Shown here one piece after another: positions 10,771 through 20,267 of a stretch of 64,000 nucleotides of DNA. A program made the translations under genes and the position numbers. The notes under the pieces are model-generated. The model did no database searches, was not told where the DNA came from, and was given only the letters and a program-made list of their open reading frames with translations. Numbering within the stretch: the stretch's first letter is position 1; the number at the start of each line of letters is the position of its first letter. The stretch spans positions 7,022 through 71,021 of the forward strand of contig JBMHBT010000013.1 of the NCBI GenBank assembly GCA_049890275.1, given 5' to 3'. Source of the DNA: Coraliomargaritaceae bacterium. GTDB lineage: Bacteria > Verrucomicrobiota > Verrucomicrobiia > Opitutales > Coraliomargaritaceae.

Positions 10771-11114
10771 TCATTGCTTGGCCATCTCCGCAGAGCTACG
10801 TCAATGCGCTGCGCTTGCTCATGGCAGACCAAGGAGTTTAATCTGGTGAGCATTATGGAGTTGCCTGAAGGCATACTTCGCGTCGGATGCCCTAAGCCTG
10901 TCGAAGGGATTTAATGGATTTATTCATTCATAAAAATGTAGTTATTTTCATTAGTGGCCAATAGGGTTAAATTCTTGCGGGATCGCTTCTTTCGGTTATC
11001 ACGATAACAAATGACAATCTGCGTTCAGGCGCAGAAATATGGAAAATCGGACGGGCCTCATTTCTTGTCCAAATCATTAACTGCAGATCGAACGAAAAAA
11101 CAAAAAGACATCTT

Positions 11115-11276
11115 ATGGATAATAAAATCGTAGCCATTATCGTATCTATCTTTCTACCTCCGATTGCCGTTTTCCTCAAAACCGGGGCAGGAAGAGATTT
11201 GATCATCAATATTGTACTTTGCTTGCTCGGCTTTATCCCAGGGGTGATTCACGCACTTTGGGTTTCGCTGAAATAA
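11115..11276 (+). CDS. Pmp3/YqaE (UPF0057) family small hydrophobic membrane protein, 53 aa (absent from the ORF track because it is under 60 aa)
   Basis: The manual translation is MDNKIVAIIVSIFLPPIAVFLKTGAGRDLIINIVLCLLGFIPGVIHALWVSLK. It matches the family pattern (LPP[IL][AG]V ... D..IN..L..LG.IPG.IHA.WV) as recalled from E. coli YqaE and yeast Pmp3. Confidence 0.8.
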   Translation: MDNKIVAIIVSIFLPPIAVFLKTGAGRDLIINIVLCLLGFIPGVIHALWVSLK

Positions 11277-11338
11277 TTCGATTGTTCGCACTCACCGGCT
11301 TGTCCGGTAACAGTATCGACCAATAAAGGAGAAATAGA

Positions 11339-12028
11339 ATGACGAAATACGGCGCAGAATTCTTGGGAACATTTTGGCTGGTTCTTGGTGGGTGCGGTAG
11401 TGCGGTTTTGGCCGCTTCGTTCCCAGACTTAGGTATCGGTCTTCTGGGCGTTTCACTGGCCTTTGGCTTCACTGTCCTGACTATGGCCTTCGCCATCGGG
11501 CATATATCCGGATGTCACCTCAATCCGGCAGTTTCTTTGGGTCTTTGGGCCGGCGGCCGTTTCCCAGCAAAAGAGCTTATTCCGTATATCGTTGCGCAAA
11601 TATTGGGCGGGGTCGCTGCCGGCGGTGTACTCTATCTTATTGCCAGCGGCAAAGCAGACTTTGATTTGTCCGCAGGTTTTGCCGCAAATGGCTACGGAGC
11701 GCATTCGCCGGATGGGTATAGTTTGTCGGCTGCTTTGATAACGGAAGTAATGATGACCATGGTGTTCCTGTTCGTTATTCTTGGGGCTACTGACAAGAGA
11801 GCACCAGAGGGTTTCGCGTCGATAGCAATCGGGTTGTGCCTGACTCTCATCCACCTAATTAGTATCCCGGTGACGAATACCTCAGTGAATCCCGCACGTA
11901 GTACAGGCGTTGCCGTCTATGTGGGTGATTGGGCAGTTGCGCAACTTTGGCTTTTCTGGGTGGCTCCCATTATTGCCGGTATACTCGGCGCAGTGACGTA
12001 CCGCCTTATTGGGTGCGAAAAGGACTGA
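11339..12028 (+). CDS. aqpZ: Aquaporin Z
   Basis: 229 aa with two NPA boxes (HLNPAVS, VNPARS) and an N-terminus typical of AqpZ ([20 protein letters not shown]). AAGGAG Shine-Dalgarno sequence upstream. Confidence 0.95.
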   Translation: MTKYGAEFLGTFWLVLGGCGSAVLAASFPDLGIGLLGVSLAFGFTVLTMAFAIGHISGCHLNPAVSLGLWAGGRFPAKELIPYIVAQILGGVAAGGVLYLIASGKADFDLSAGFAANGYGAHSPDGYSLSAALITEVMMTMVFLFVILGATDKRAPEGFASIAIGLCLTLIHLISIPVTNTSVNPARSTGVAVYVGDWAVAQLWLFWVAPIIAGILGAVTYRLIGCEKD

Positions 12029-12102
12029 AACGATTACTTCCTCGTCTCGAATGAATACAATTGCACGGATCAGTGCAGCGCTAGGTAGTGAAAGTCAGAA
12101 TC

Positions 12103-15100
12103 TTATCGCAGGCGGATGAGGAGATCTTTGCTGTCCACCTGATCACCGGCCTGAACTTCGACGGCATCGACGACGCCATCTGTCAGTGCGTAGACGGTGG
12201 TCTGCATCTTCATGGCTTCGAGGACGCAGAGCTTTTCCTTCTTCTTGACCTGCTGGCCGACGGTGACGGATACGCTGCTGACCATGGCAGGGATGGGGGC
12301 ACCGACTTGTTTGTTATCGGCGGGATCGGCTTTGGCTCGGCGTCGGGATTCCGTTTTAACCGAGCGGTCGGTGACGACGCATTCGCGGGCGCGTCCGTTG
12401 AGCTCGAAGGTAAGGGTGCGCTGGCCGTCCTCGTTTGGCTCGGAGACGTAGATGAGCTTGATGATGAGTGTCTTGCCCTGCTCGATCTCAACGGTGATCT
12501 CCTCGCCGGGCTGAAGGCCGTAGAAGAAGGCGGGGGTGGGGAGCACGCGGGCGTGGCCGTATTGTTTGACGTATTTGTCGAGGTCGGTGAAGACCTGCGG
12601 GTACATCAGGTAGGAATAGAGGTCATCGTCGTTGATTGGGCGGTTGAACTTTTCCGCGAGTTCCGTGCGGGTGGATTCGACATCGATTTTTTCGGCGTGT
12701 GCGCCGGGGCGTCCGCGAAGTGGTTTGCGATCGCCGAGGACGGTCTTCTGCACGGCTTTGGGCCAGCCGCCGACGGGTTGTCCAAGGCCGCCGGAGAGCA
12801 TGTCGACAACGGATTCAGGGAAGGCGGTGCCGGGCTCAAGGTTGACCAGGTCGGCGGGTTCTACGCCCTTGGTGAGGAGGAACATGGCGAGATCGCCGAC
12901 GACTTTTGAGGAAGGGGTGACTTTGACGATGTCGCCGAGGAGGAGGTTGACCTCGTGGTAGTAGCGGACGACTTCGGGCCAGCGGGAACCGAGGCCGAGG
13001 GCGCGGGCCTGCTCGCGCAGGTTGGTGTACTGGCCGCCGGGCATCTCGTGGGTGTAGACTTCGGCGCTGCCGAACTTTGGGCTGGTGTCGAAGGGCCCGT
13101 AGAATTGGCGGACGGCCTCCCAGTAGATGGAGAGTTCGTTGAGGAAGGCGAGGTCAAGGCCGGTGTCGCGCGGGTTGGAGCGGAGGGCGTTGACGATGGA
13201 GTTGAGGTTGGGCTGTGAAGTGAGGCCGGAGAGGGATGCGGTGGCCAGATCTACGGCGTCCACCCCGGCTTCTGCGGCCTTGATCACGGAAGCGCCGGCG
13301 ATGCCGGAAGAGTCGTGGGTGTGGAAGTGGACGGGCAGGCCGGTCTCCTGGCGGAGGGCCTTGACCAGTTTGTAGACGGCGTGCGGGGTGCAGAGGCCGG
13401 ACATGTCCTTGAGAGCTAGGATATGGGCGCCCATGCGCTCTAGTTCCTTCGCCATCTCTACGTAGTAAGTGAGGGTGTACTTGTCGCGCTTGGTGTCGAG
13501 GATGTCGCCGGTGTAGCAAAGAGTGGCTTCGCAGACGGAGTTGGTCCGTGTGCGGATGGCGTCCATCGCCACCTTGAGGTTGGGCAGGTAGTTGAGGGAG
13601 TCGAAGACGCGGAAGATATCCATGCCGCTCTCGGCGGAGTGCTGGATGAATCCGCGGATGACGTTGTCGGGGTAGTTGGAGTAGCCGACCCCGTTGGCTC
13701 CGCGCAGGAGCATTTGGAAGCAAATGTTGGGGATGCGCTCCCGCAGACGCCGGAGGCGCTTGAAGGGGTTCTCGTGGAGGAAGCGCATGGAGGTGTCGAA
13801 GGTGGCTCCGCCCCAGCACTCGAGGGAGTAGAGATCGGCCGCGCGATGGGCGATGGCGTCGGCCACCTTGAGTTGGTCGTAGCTGCGCATGCGGGCCGCA
13901 AGGAGCGACTGGTGGGCGTCCCGCATGGTGGTATCGGTCACGAGGAGCCGCTTCTGGCGGCGCGTCCACTGGGCAAATTTTTCTGGGCCGTGCTTGTCCA
14001 GGTAGTTCTTTGTGCCTTCGGGCAGGGTCGCGGTGTGGTCGTGCCCGGGCACGATGACGGGCAGATCCATGGCGGGCACGGGGCGTCCCTTGACCTGGTC
14101 GTTGCCGTTGACGATGGTCTCGCCGAGGAGGTTGAGCAGCTTGGTCGCGCGGTCGCGGCGTCGTTTGAATTGAAAGAGGCCTTTCGTCGTATCGATCAGA
14201 GTGGTAGTGGCCTGTCCGGACTTGAAGATCTGGTGGCTGACGACGTTTTCAATGAAGGGGATATTGGTCTTGACGCCCCGTATGCGCATTTCGCTGAGGG
14301 CGCGCTCCATCCGCTGGATGGCCAGCTCGAAGTTGCTGGCGGAGGCGGTGAGCTTGACCAGGAGGGAGTCGTAGTAGGGGGTGATGACGGCACCGGTGTC
14401 GCCCATGGCGCCGTCGAGACGGATGCCGAAACCGGCGGCGCTGCGGTAGTTGACGATCTTGCCGTAGTCGGGTGCGAAGTTCTTCTCGGGGTCTTCGGTG
14501 GTGATGCGTGCCTGGATGGCGACCCCGTTGCGGGGGATGTCTTCCTGGGCGGGGATGCCGATCTCTTTGCCGTGGAGGCTGTGTCCCTGGGCGATGAGGA
14601 TCTGGCTGCGGACGATGTCGAGGCCGGTGATGACCTCGGTGACGGTGTGCTCGACCTGGATACGGGGGTTCATCTCGATGAAGAACCATTCGTGGGTGTC
14701 GAGGTCGTAGAGAAATTCGACGGTGCCTGCGTTGTAGTAGCCGATGGATTTTGCGATCTGCACGGCGGCCTGGCAGAGGTCGTTGCGGACGTTGTCGGGC
14801 AGGCCGATGGAGGGGGCGATTTCGATGACCTTCTGGTGGCGGCGCTGGACGGAGCAGTCGCGTTCGTGGAGGTGGACGACGTTGCCCTGCTTGTCACCAA
14901 GGATTTGCACCTCGATGTGTTTGGCGCGCTCGATGTAGCGCTCGAGGAAGACGGCGGAGTTGCCGAAGGCGCGCTGGGCCTCGCCCTGGGCTTCTTCGAG
15001 GAAGTGCTTTAGGTCCTTGGGGTCCTTGACTACGCGCATGCCGCGGCCACCGCCGCCAAAGGCTGCCTTGATGATGAGGGGAAAGCCGATCTTCTTGGCG

Positions 15101-15552
15101 ATTTTCAGGGCCTTGGCTGGATCGGAGACAGGATCCTGTGTGCCGGGCAGGGTGGGGACTTTTGCTTGGTCGGCGATTTTGCGGGCCTCGATCTTGTCGC
15201 CCATCCGGGCGAGCAGTTCGGAACTGGGGCCGACAAAAGTGATGCCATTGGCTTCGCAGGCATTGGCAAAGGCGGCGTTTTCCGAAAGGAAGCCATAGCC
15301 GGGGTGGATCAGGTCGACATTGTGGTCCTTGGCCAGATTGATGACGCTATCTATGTCGAGGTATGCGGCGACGGGGCCTTTGCCCTCGCCTACGAGATAG
15401 GACTCATCGGCCTTGAACCGGTGAACGCCGAAGCGGTCTTCATTGGCATAAACCGCCACAGTTCGGCAACTGAGCTCCGTCGCGCTTCGAAAGATTCGGA
15501 CAGCAATTTCGCTGCGGTTGGCGGCAAGTAGTTTTAGAGGTTTATTCTGCAT
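12103..15552 (-). CDS. pyc: Pyruvate carboxylase (single-chain: biotin carboxylase + carboxyltransferase + biotinyl domain)
   Basis: 1149 aa with an N-terminal ATP-grasp biotin carboxylase domain, a central HMGL-like carboxyltransferase domain (HFHTHDSSG) and a C-terminal biotinylation motif (EAMKMQT). Confidence 0.95.
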   Translation of the reverse strand: MQNKPLKLLAANRSEIAVRIFRSATELSCRTVAVYANEDRFGVHRFKADESYLVGEGKGPVAAYLDIDSVINLAKDHNVDLIHPGYGFLSENAAFANACEANGITFVGPSSELLARMGDKIEARKIADQAKVPTLPGTQDPVSDPAKALKIAKKIGFPLIIKAAFGGGGRGMRVVKDPKDLKHFLEEAQGEAQRAFGNSAVFLERYIERAKHIEVQILGDKQGNVVHLHERDCSVQRRHQKVIEIAPSIGLPDNVRNDLCQAAVQIAKSIGYYNAGTVEFLYDLDTHEWFFIEMNPRIQVEHTVTEVITGLDIVRSQILIAQGHSLHGKEIGIPAQEDIPRNGVAIQARITTEDPEKNFAPDYGKIVNYRSAAGFGIRLDGAMGDTGAVITPYYDSLLVKLTASASNFELAIQRMERALSEMRIRGVKTNIPFIENVVSHQIFKSGQATTTLIDTTKGLFQFKRRRDRATKLLNLLGETIVNGNDQVKGRPVPAMDLPVIVPGHDHTATLPEGTKNYLDKHGPEKFAQWTRRQKRLLVTDTTMRDAHQSLLAARMRSYDQLKVADAIAHRAADLYSLECWGGATFDTSMRFLHENPFKRLRRLRERIPNICFQMLLRGANGVGYSNYPDNVIRGFIQHSAESGMDIFRVFDSLNYLPNLKVAMDAIRTRTNSVCEATLCYTGDILDTKRDKYTLTYYVEMAKELERMGAHILALKDMSGLCTPHAVYKLVKALRQETGLPVHFHTHDSSGIAGASVIKAAEAGVDAVDLATASLSGLTSQPNLNSIVNALRSNPRDTGLDLAFLNELSIYWEAVRQFYGPFDTSPKFGSAEVYTHEMPGGQYTNLREQARALGLGSRWPEVVRYYHEVNLLLGDIVKVTPSSKVVGDLAMFLLTKGVEPADLVNLEPGTAFPESVVDMLSGGLGQPVGGWPKAVQKTVLGDRKPLRGRPGAHAEKIDVESTRTELAEKFNRPINDDDLYSYLMYPQVFTDLDKYVKQYGHARVLPTPAFFYGLQPGEEITVEIEQGKTLIIKLIYVSEPNEDGQRTLTFELNGRARECVVTDRSVKTESRRRAKADPADNKQVGAPIPAMVSSVSVTVGQQVKKKEKLCVLEAMKMQTTVYALTDGVVDAVEVQAGDQVDSKDLLIRLR

Positions 15553-15645
15553 CGGCTGTAGATTGTAGAAAAAGTGCGTGACTGGCTAAGTCAAGGTAGT
15601 GTGTCTTTACTTCTGAATAAAGGCTTAGGATTCTGGGTAAGGTTT

Positions 15646-16704
15646 TTAAGAATCTATCTTCTGGCCGACAGGTAGTTGACCGTTGCCGGAGAGAAGAATA
15701 GCGAGGGCCCGAGTAGCGGGAAAATGGGCACAAACAATCATAATAATGACGGTAAAGGGGACGCAAAGAAACATCCCAGGAATGCCCCATACAGCTCCCC
15801 AAAGGCCGAGGGAAAAGAGTATGATCATTGGGCTAAGATTGAGTTTACTGCCCATCAACCTAGGTTCAACTAAACTGCCGATGGCAAATTGTACGAGTGA
15901 AATCGCGACGATTACGAGAACGAAAGGGCGGAGCGTATCAAACTGGACGAGTGCGAGTGCGGAGGGGAAGAGGGTGGCAATAATGGATCCGATCGTGGGG
16001 ATGAAATTGAGGAGGAAGATGAGGACGGCCCAGAAGCTGGCAAAGTCAAGCCCGATGAGGCTCATGACGAGGTAGCTGAGCAGTCCGGTGGCGGCACTGG
16101 TTAAGACCTTGATCCCGATGTAGAGGCGTACGTCTTTGCCGATGTGGCCGATTAAGTGGAAGACTTCACGTTGGCGGAGACGTTCGGGGAAGAGGGCCTT
16201 GATCTTGGGTTGAAAGGTGCGCTGTTCGGCCAAAAGAAAGAGTAAGTAGACGATAATGATTCCGGTGCGACTGAGTAGATTGCGCACGGTTTTTCCAAAG
16301 TCCTGCAGATAAGTACTGAGGTCGATCTTGTTGATAAATTCATGGAGCTTCGGGGCATCCTCTGCCGCTACTCCAAAGAGTGAATAGATGTCGAAAATGC
16401 GTGTCTCTAGGTTTTGTTGATAGGTCGGTGCCACGTCGATCACACTTTTAATGTTTTCAGTAACGAGTTGGACTAGAAGGCTGATCGAGGCAAAAATGAT
16501 GCCCAGCGCGAGAACCATAGAGAGCCATTTGGGTACATGCTGATCGCGGACAGTAAGGGCACTGATGGTGTGAGCGAGAATACTGATTAAGTACGCGACG
16601 ACTCCGGCAATGACTATGGGTTGGATGAGGGCTTGTCCGATGTGAAGCAGGTAGAAGACTGTCACCACGATAAAGACGGATAATGCGGTGCTTTGTAGTT
16701 TCAT
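15646..16704 (-). CDS. AI-2E family transporter (PerM/UPF0118)
   Basis: 352-aa polytopic protein with a C-terminal conserved block typical of the family (FLLNFIPTIGSIIA ... GLWGAVWGIPGMFLCVPFT). Confidence 0.85.
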   Translation of the reverse strand: MKLQSTALSVFIVVTVFYLLHIGQALIQPIVIAGVVAYLISILAHTISALTVRDQHVPKWLSMVLALGIIFASISLLVQLVTENIKSVIDVAPTYQQNLETRIFDIYSLFGVAAEDAPKLHEFINKIDLSTYLQDFGKTVRNLLSRTGIIIVYLLFLLAEQRTFQPKIKALFPERLRQREVFHLIGHIGKDVRLYIGIKVLTSAATGLLSYLVMSLIGLDFASFWAVLIFLLNFIPTIGSIIATLFPSALALVQFDTLRPFVLVIVAISLVQFAIGSLVEPRLMGSKLNLSPMIILFSLGLWGAVWGIPGMFLCVPFTVIIMIVCAHFPATRALAILLSGNGQLPVGQKIDS

Positions 16705-16752
16705 TTTTTAAATCTAACCTAAAAACCGGGAATTCAACAAGTCTGGATGCGG

Positions 16753-17364
16753 TTATGGTGTCTCGTTTTTCAATTCACTAAGAACAGAGGCGAGCCATTC
16801 CGCTGCTCGGGCGCGGTGGCTGATCTGGTTTTTTATAGCATCTCCCAGTTGCGCAAAGCTCTTGTCGTGCCCATCTGGAATAAAGACTGGATCGTACCCG
16901 AACCCATCTGCTCCGGTTGCTTGACATGCAATCCGACCGAGGCAAGCACCGTCGTAAAAAGTAGTGTGTCCGTCGGGGTCGATCAAGCAAAGCACGCAAT
17001 AGAAACGAGCCATACGATTCTTTTCGGGAATGGCCTCCATTTCCATGAGAAGTTTTTCCAGATTTTTTTCGTCGCTGGAGTCGGGCCCGGCATAGCGGGC
17101 CGAATAAATGCCCGGAGCGCCTCTAAGGGCACTGACTTCAAGGCCGGAATCGTCAGCGAGTACCCAGGCATCTGATGGAGCCATGCATCGCAGGGCTTTT
17201 GCTTTGAGTTCGGCGTTGTCGGTGAAGGTGTCGCCATCTTCCACTACGTTTGGCATTCCGCCGCAGGCTGATGCCGTAAGTACTTCGATCTCTAGGCCAT
17301 CCAGGAGTGTTTTAAATTCCTCTGCCTTATGATCGTTTCCAGTAGCTAGGATTAATTGTTTCAT
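16753..17364 (-). CDS. rdgB: dITP/XTP pyrophosphatase (RdgB/HAM1 family)
   Basis: 203 aa with [26 protein letters not shown] and [10 protein letters not shown] motifs. Confidence 0.9.
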   Translation of the reverse strand: MKQLILATGNDHKAEEFKTLLDGLEIEVLTASACGGMPNVVEDGDTFTDNAELKAKALRCMAPSDAWVLADDSGLEVSALRGAPGIYSARYAGPDSSDEKNLEKLLMEMEAIPEKNRMARFYCVLCLIDPDGHTTFYDGACLGRIACQATGADGFGYDPVFIPDGHDKSFAQLGDAIKNQISHRARAAEWLASVLSELKNETP

Positions 17365-17387
17365 TGGTTCGCTACAGGATTAAAAAA

Positions 17388-18509
17388 TTATTGTTTGATT
17401 GAGCGGAGCCAACCGCGGACAAGTAAGTCATTGGCGAAGGATTCATTCTGTATGCGGGAAAGAGAGAATGCCTCGTTGATTGATTGGGTGTTCCGTTTTT
17501 TGTGAATGCCTAGTGCGCTCGTATCGACAAGGTATTTTGGAGCAATGTAGTGAAAGAAATAGTCGACGGATTGCTCTGCAATGAGCGCTGAGGCCCAGCG
17601 CGGCCCGGGTTCGATATAGACCCCATGAATGCCCTCCTCGGCGCAACGACTCCGAAAGGCATTGAGGTCGAGGTGATTCTCTTTTTCGGGTAGCTGCCAG
17701 AGGTGGATGCCTGCATTCTGTGCGGGAGTCGGGTCGATCTTGTCGTTACAGACGAGAGTACTGCGCTCTTTGTCAGAGTCATTGAAGATGTGAAGTGAAT
17801 CCAATTGGGATTTTGTCTCAAAGTTTCGATCCAAAATAAAGCGACGCGGACACCAGCTGTTTTCCTGTATTCGGCTCGTCAGCGAAGGATTGTCCGCTAG
17901 GGCGGTTTTTGCGCTGACTGCAATAGCTGGGAAATAGCGGCGCCAGCGCATAACATCTGCACGGGCTTCTTCACCAGTGACCCATTTTGAATGACCGTTA
18001 GCCGCGCTGAATTTACCGTCGAGTGTGGTGGCTATTTTTCCTGCTAGAAGGGGTGTTTGGTGAGATATCCAATGGTGGAAGAGGAGGTTCAGGTCTTCAC
18101 AGGCTTCTGCCATGATGCCTTGTGAGACTTCAATGCCTGAGTTGCGTAAGCAGACCAGACCCTTGCCGCCATGGTCTGGGTTTGGGTCGATTGCGCCGAC
18201 GATTACTTGGCGAATGCCGGATTCGATAATGGCATCTGTACAAGCTCCGGTGCGTCCAGCCGTCGAACACGGCTCAAGCGTAACATAGAGAGTGGCTTGA
18301 GGGCTTGGTTTGCGACCGAGTGCTCGGAGCGCTTCGACTTCAGCATGGGCTTGTCCCGCAGCGCGATGCCAGCCTTCGGCCACAATGACTCCATCTTCCA
18401 CAATAACCGCTCCGACCATCGGGTTGGGATGTGTCTGGCCCCAAGCTTTTTTTGCGAGTTCAAGCGCACGTGACATCCATTTGGAGTCTCTGTCTACTGT
18501 TTCTGGCAT
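17388..18509 (-). CDS. ribD: Bifunctional riboflavin biosynthesis protein RibD (pyrimidine deaminase / uracil reductase)
   Basis: CMP/dCMP deaminase zinc motif (HAEVEAL ... PCSTAGRTGAC), followed by a RibD C-terminal reductase domain (GKIATTLDGK). Confidence 0.92.
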   Translation of the reverse strand: MPETVDRDSKWMSRALELAKKAWGQTHPNPMVGAVIVEDGVIVAEGWHRAAGQAHAEVEALRALGRKPSPQATLYVTLEPCSTAGRTGACTDAIIESGIRQVIVGAIDPNPDHGGKGLVCLRNSGIEVSQGIMAEACEDLNLLFHHWISHQTPLLAGKIATTLDGKFSAANGHSKWVTGEEARADVMRWRRYFPAIAVSAKTALADNPSLTSRIQENSWCPRRFILDRNFETKSQLDSLHIFNDSDKERSTLVCNDKIDPTPAQNAGIHLWQLPEKENHLDLNAFRSRCAEEGIHGVYIEPGPRWASALIAEQSVDYFFHYIAPKYLVDTSALGIHKKRNTQSINEAFSLSRIQNESFANDLLVRGWLRSIKQ

Positions 18510-18542
18510 GTCTGCAGGTGAAAAGAGAAAGATTTGAATGAA

Positions 18543-19259
18543 CTACGAGTTTTCCACTTCTTTGTCTATATGGCGGATAAAGGGATTGGTGGTTTTTTCA
18601 TGGCCTACAGTCGTGGTTGGGCCGTGTCCGGGGTAGAGCGTGGTTACATCCGGGAGCGTATAGATTTTTTCGCGAATGGATTTCATTAACAGTTGGCCGT
18701 CGCCACCCGGTAAGTCGTAGCGTCCAACACTTCCGGCAAAGATCGCATCTCCGACTATTGCAGCGGCTTCGTCTTTGCAATAAATCAAAATATTCCCCGG
18801 GCAATGACCGGGAACATGACGGATTTCTAACTGGCGCCCCAAAAGTTGAAGTTCGGCCCCGTCTACAATCCAATGATTGATGGGTACAGGCTGTAGCTCC
18901 AAGCCGGGTATGGCAAAGTTCGCCATACGGCTGGGGTCTTCAAAGAGCGGTGCATCCTCCGGGTGGGCATAGACAGGTATACCAGTAGCTGCAAATTTGT
19001 GCGCATCTAAAATATGATCCCAGTGTCCATGGGTGAGAATAAGCCCAACGATGGTACAGCCGTTCTCTTTTGACTGTTGGATCGCCCAATCATAAGCGCC
19101 TTCAGGCGCATCAATCACAAGACTCTCTCCGCTTTCTGGATCGAGCAAGAGGATGGCGTTCGTACCGATCGGCGGAAGTTCTTGTGTGCAAATTTTCATG
19201 CGATAATCAATACAGCCCATTCTCTTGGGTTCAATCCCCAAGCGATAAGAAACCACCAA
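18543..19259 (-). CDS. MBL-fold metallo-hydrolase (glyoxalase II-like)
   Basis: THGHWDH metal-binding motif plus downstream HVPGHCPG. The real start is probably the internal MKICTQ at 19199. Confidence 0.85.
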   Translation of the reverse strand: MVVSYRLGIEPKRMGCIDYRMKICTQELPPIGTNAILLLDPESGESLVIDAPEGAYDWAIQQSKENGCTIVGLILTHGHWDHILDAHKFAATGIPVYAHPEDAPLFEDPSRMANFAIPGLELQPVPINHWIVDGAELQLLGRQLEIRHVPGHCPGNILIYCKDEAAAIVGDAIFAGSVGRYDLPGGDGQLLMKSIREKIYTLPDVTTLYPGHGPTTTVGHEKTTNPFIRHIDKEVENS

Positions 19260-19289
19260 GTAATAAATAAATAGAAAAACGAGTGTATA

Positions 19290-20267
19290 ATGACGTTGCC
19301 GAAAGTTCTCTTTTTTGTCATTCTCAAGTATATGATTTCTATAATTAACCGAATAGCGCCAAGTATTGAATGTCTTCGATATCCAATCGTTTTTGTGCTT
19401 CTCGGTTTGTATTCTTTCTTTTTGGCGGACTTACCAGCTGAAGAGGTTCTGTCGCCCACCCTGTCAGTAGAGGAGGATTCGGCTCGTTTACAGGAGAGGG
19501 TCTCTTTGGGTTATGAGCAGTTGGAAAAAGGTGATTCTGATAGCGCGTTAGCTACCTTTCAATCTGCGCTTTTGGTGGACTCAAAGGATTTATCTGCCCT
19601 TCTTGGGCGTGCGATGATTCATGCCGAACGCATGGATTATGCAGAGGCATTTACTGCTTATGATTCTATTGTTCGGTTGTACCCACAACACGCATTAGCC
19701 TGGAATCGTCGTGGCTTGGCGGCCTTTAATATGGAGGATTTCGATCTGGCCTTGGTTTCTTTTGAGCGGGCTACTGAGTCGCGCCCCGTAAACGGTTTTT
19801 TCTATGAATCGATCGCATGGACCCAAATGTGCCGTGGTGAATACGAGGCGGCTGCACAGTCGGCCAAGACCGCTTCGTTGATGTATAGCCGGGAAGGTGA
19901 GACCTCTCTCTATCCTGTTATCATTGCTTATTTGGCTAGTTTTGAGTCGGGCGATACAGAAAATGCCATCCGTGCTCTGGAGTATGCGAAAAAGAATCGC
20001 GGTTATGCCTGGCCTGGCCCGGTCGTTGATTATCTTGCCGGTAGTATGACTGCGGCGGATATGATTAGCTGCGTTACCAACCGAGCCGAAGAAACAGAGG
20101 CGCATACTTATATCGGGTTACAATTACTTTTGATAGGGGAGGAGGAAGCTGCGTCTCGTCACTTGGATTGGGTGGGGCTTCAGGGGGATCCTTCCGTGTT
20201 TGAGTATACCTTGGCCCGTGCGCTACGGATGCGTAATCGAGTGGCTACTGTTCTGCACGAGATCTAA
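19290..20267 (+). CDS. TPR-repeat protein with N-terminal membrane anchor or signal
   Basis: Hydrophobic N-terminus, then several 34-aa TPR-like units (ALATFQSALLVDSKDLSALLGRA; AEAFTAYDSIVRLYPQHALAWNRRG; DLALVSFERATESRP). Confidence 0.7.
   Translation: MTLPKVLFFVILKYMISIINRIAPSIECLRYPIVFVLLGLYSFFLADLPAEEVLSPTLSVEEDSARLQERVSLGYEQLEKGDSDSALATFQSALLVDSKDLSALLGRAMIHAERMDYAEAFTAYDSIVRLYPQHALAWNRRGLAAFNMEDFDLALVSFERATESRPVNGFFYESIAWTQMCRGEYEAAAQSAKTASLMYSREGETSLYPVIIAYLASFESGDTENAIRALEYAKKNRGYAWPGPVVDYLAGSMTAADMISCVTNRAEETEAHTYIGLQLLLIGEEEAASRHLDWVGLQGDPSVFEYTLARALRMRNRVATVLHEI

Noticed and set aside
10967-11209. 80-aa minus-strand ORF overlapping the Pmp3-like gene.
   Set aside because: The plus-strand 53-aa product matches a known family closely, and the minus-strand product has no recognisable features.
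12088-15012. Long plus-strand ORFs (273 aa at 12088..12909 and 457 aa at 13639..15012) plus several alternate-frame minus-strand ORFs inside pyc.
   Set aside because: They lie antisense to, or out of frame with, an unmistakable pyruvate carboxylase gene. Their translations are low-complexity and rich in G/A/V/D/R/P, as expected for stop-poor frames in GC-rich DNA.
18510-18542. I looked for an FMN riboswitch upstream of ribD.
   Set aside because: Only 33 nt separate ribD from the upstream MBL-hydrolase gene, so there is no room for an FMN aptamer. ribD appears to be operonic.
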